DNA from: a virus
Taxonomy: Duplodnaviria > Caudoviricetes
DNA: 45,774 nt
IMG/VR virus record: IMGVR_UViG_3300002092_000070
Span: 1-45,774 of that record
Reading direction: 5' to 3' (one strand)
The position numbers and the translations under genes were made by a program. Shown piece after piece: positions 45,496 to 45,774 of the stretch. Position 1 is the stretch's first letter. Each line of letters begins with the position of its first letter. Below the pieces are notes generated by a model. That model was given only the letters and a program-made list of their open reading frames with translations, did not search any database and had not been told where the DNA came from.

Positions 45496-45774
45496 GCGAC
45501 ATCGGCGACCGTATCGACCTGGTGGCCCGAAACCTTGTCTCCGGCCTCAACGCCACCGATGCCGCCGTACTTGATCTGGCTGACCGGGTGGCCGCGTTGG
45601 AGGAAAGGCTCTCGTCCCTTTGTTCCGGTAATCCTGATGTTCCGCTGGCACCGGAACGGGGCAGTAACCCGAACCTGCGTGACCGCATCGCAGCGGCGAT
45701 AGATCAGAAATACAACGAAGAAGCCATTGGACACACCTACGAGGTATGTCTCCATGCCGCTGACGCGGTGATCC
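45492..45774 (+). CDS. Hypothetical protein, 3'-truncated by window
   Basis: GTGA overlap; open to the window end (MSDIGDRIDLVARN…). Confidence 0.6.
   Translation, partial: MSDIGDRIDLVARNLVSGLNATDAAVLDLADRVAALEERLSSLCSGNPDVPLAPERGSNPNLRDRIAAAIDQKYNEEAIGHTYEVCLHAADAVI

Overview
Interior 45.8-kb segment of a large, high-GC contractile-tailed (myovirus) phage of an actinobacterial host, most likely a mycobacteriophage with a Bxz1/cluster C-like gene order (inferred from gene order, codon usage and motifs; no database search). Bases 1-34018 form a + strand virion operon: collagen-like protein end, neck/head-tail genes, tail sheath, tube, tail assembly chaperones with a GGGAAAA -1 frameshift, tape measure, baseplate hub with two peptidoglycan-hydrolase domains, a 1816-aa repeat-rich spike/tail protein, a cutinase-like hydrolase, gp25-like wedge, baseplate J, an intein-containing baseplate protein and a 1430-aa tail protein. 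Bases 34070-45774 are a mixed-strand accessory/early region: small genes with SigA-like and PafBC-like promoters, a HicA-like gene, metallophosphoesterase, SNF2 helicase, a likely ADP-ribosyltransferase, a ~400-nt structured intergenic region, an HTH protein and an aminotransferase homologue lacking its catalytic Lys. The most notable signals are: (1) a shared ~20-aa N-terminal leader on two unrelated proteins, one an R-S-E ADP-ribosyltransferase with a putative late-promoter motif, suggesting a capsid-loading/effector-injection system; (2) three homing-endonuclease elements sitting at the starts of structural genes; (3) an ACCACCCAC leader motif on early transcripts that recurs in a structured RNA candidate; (4) an intein in a virion baseplate protein.
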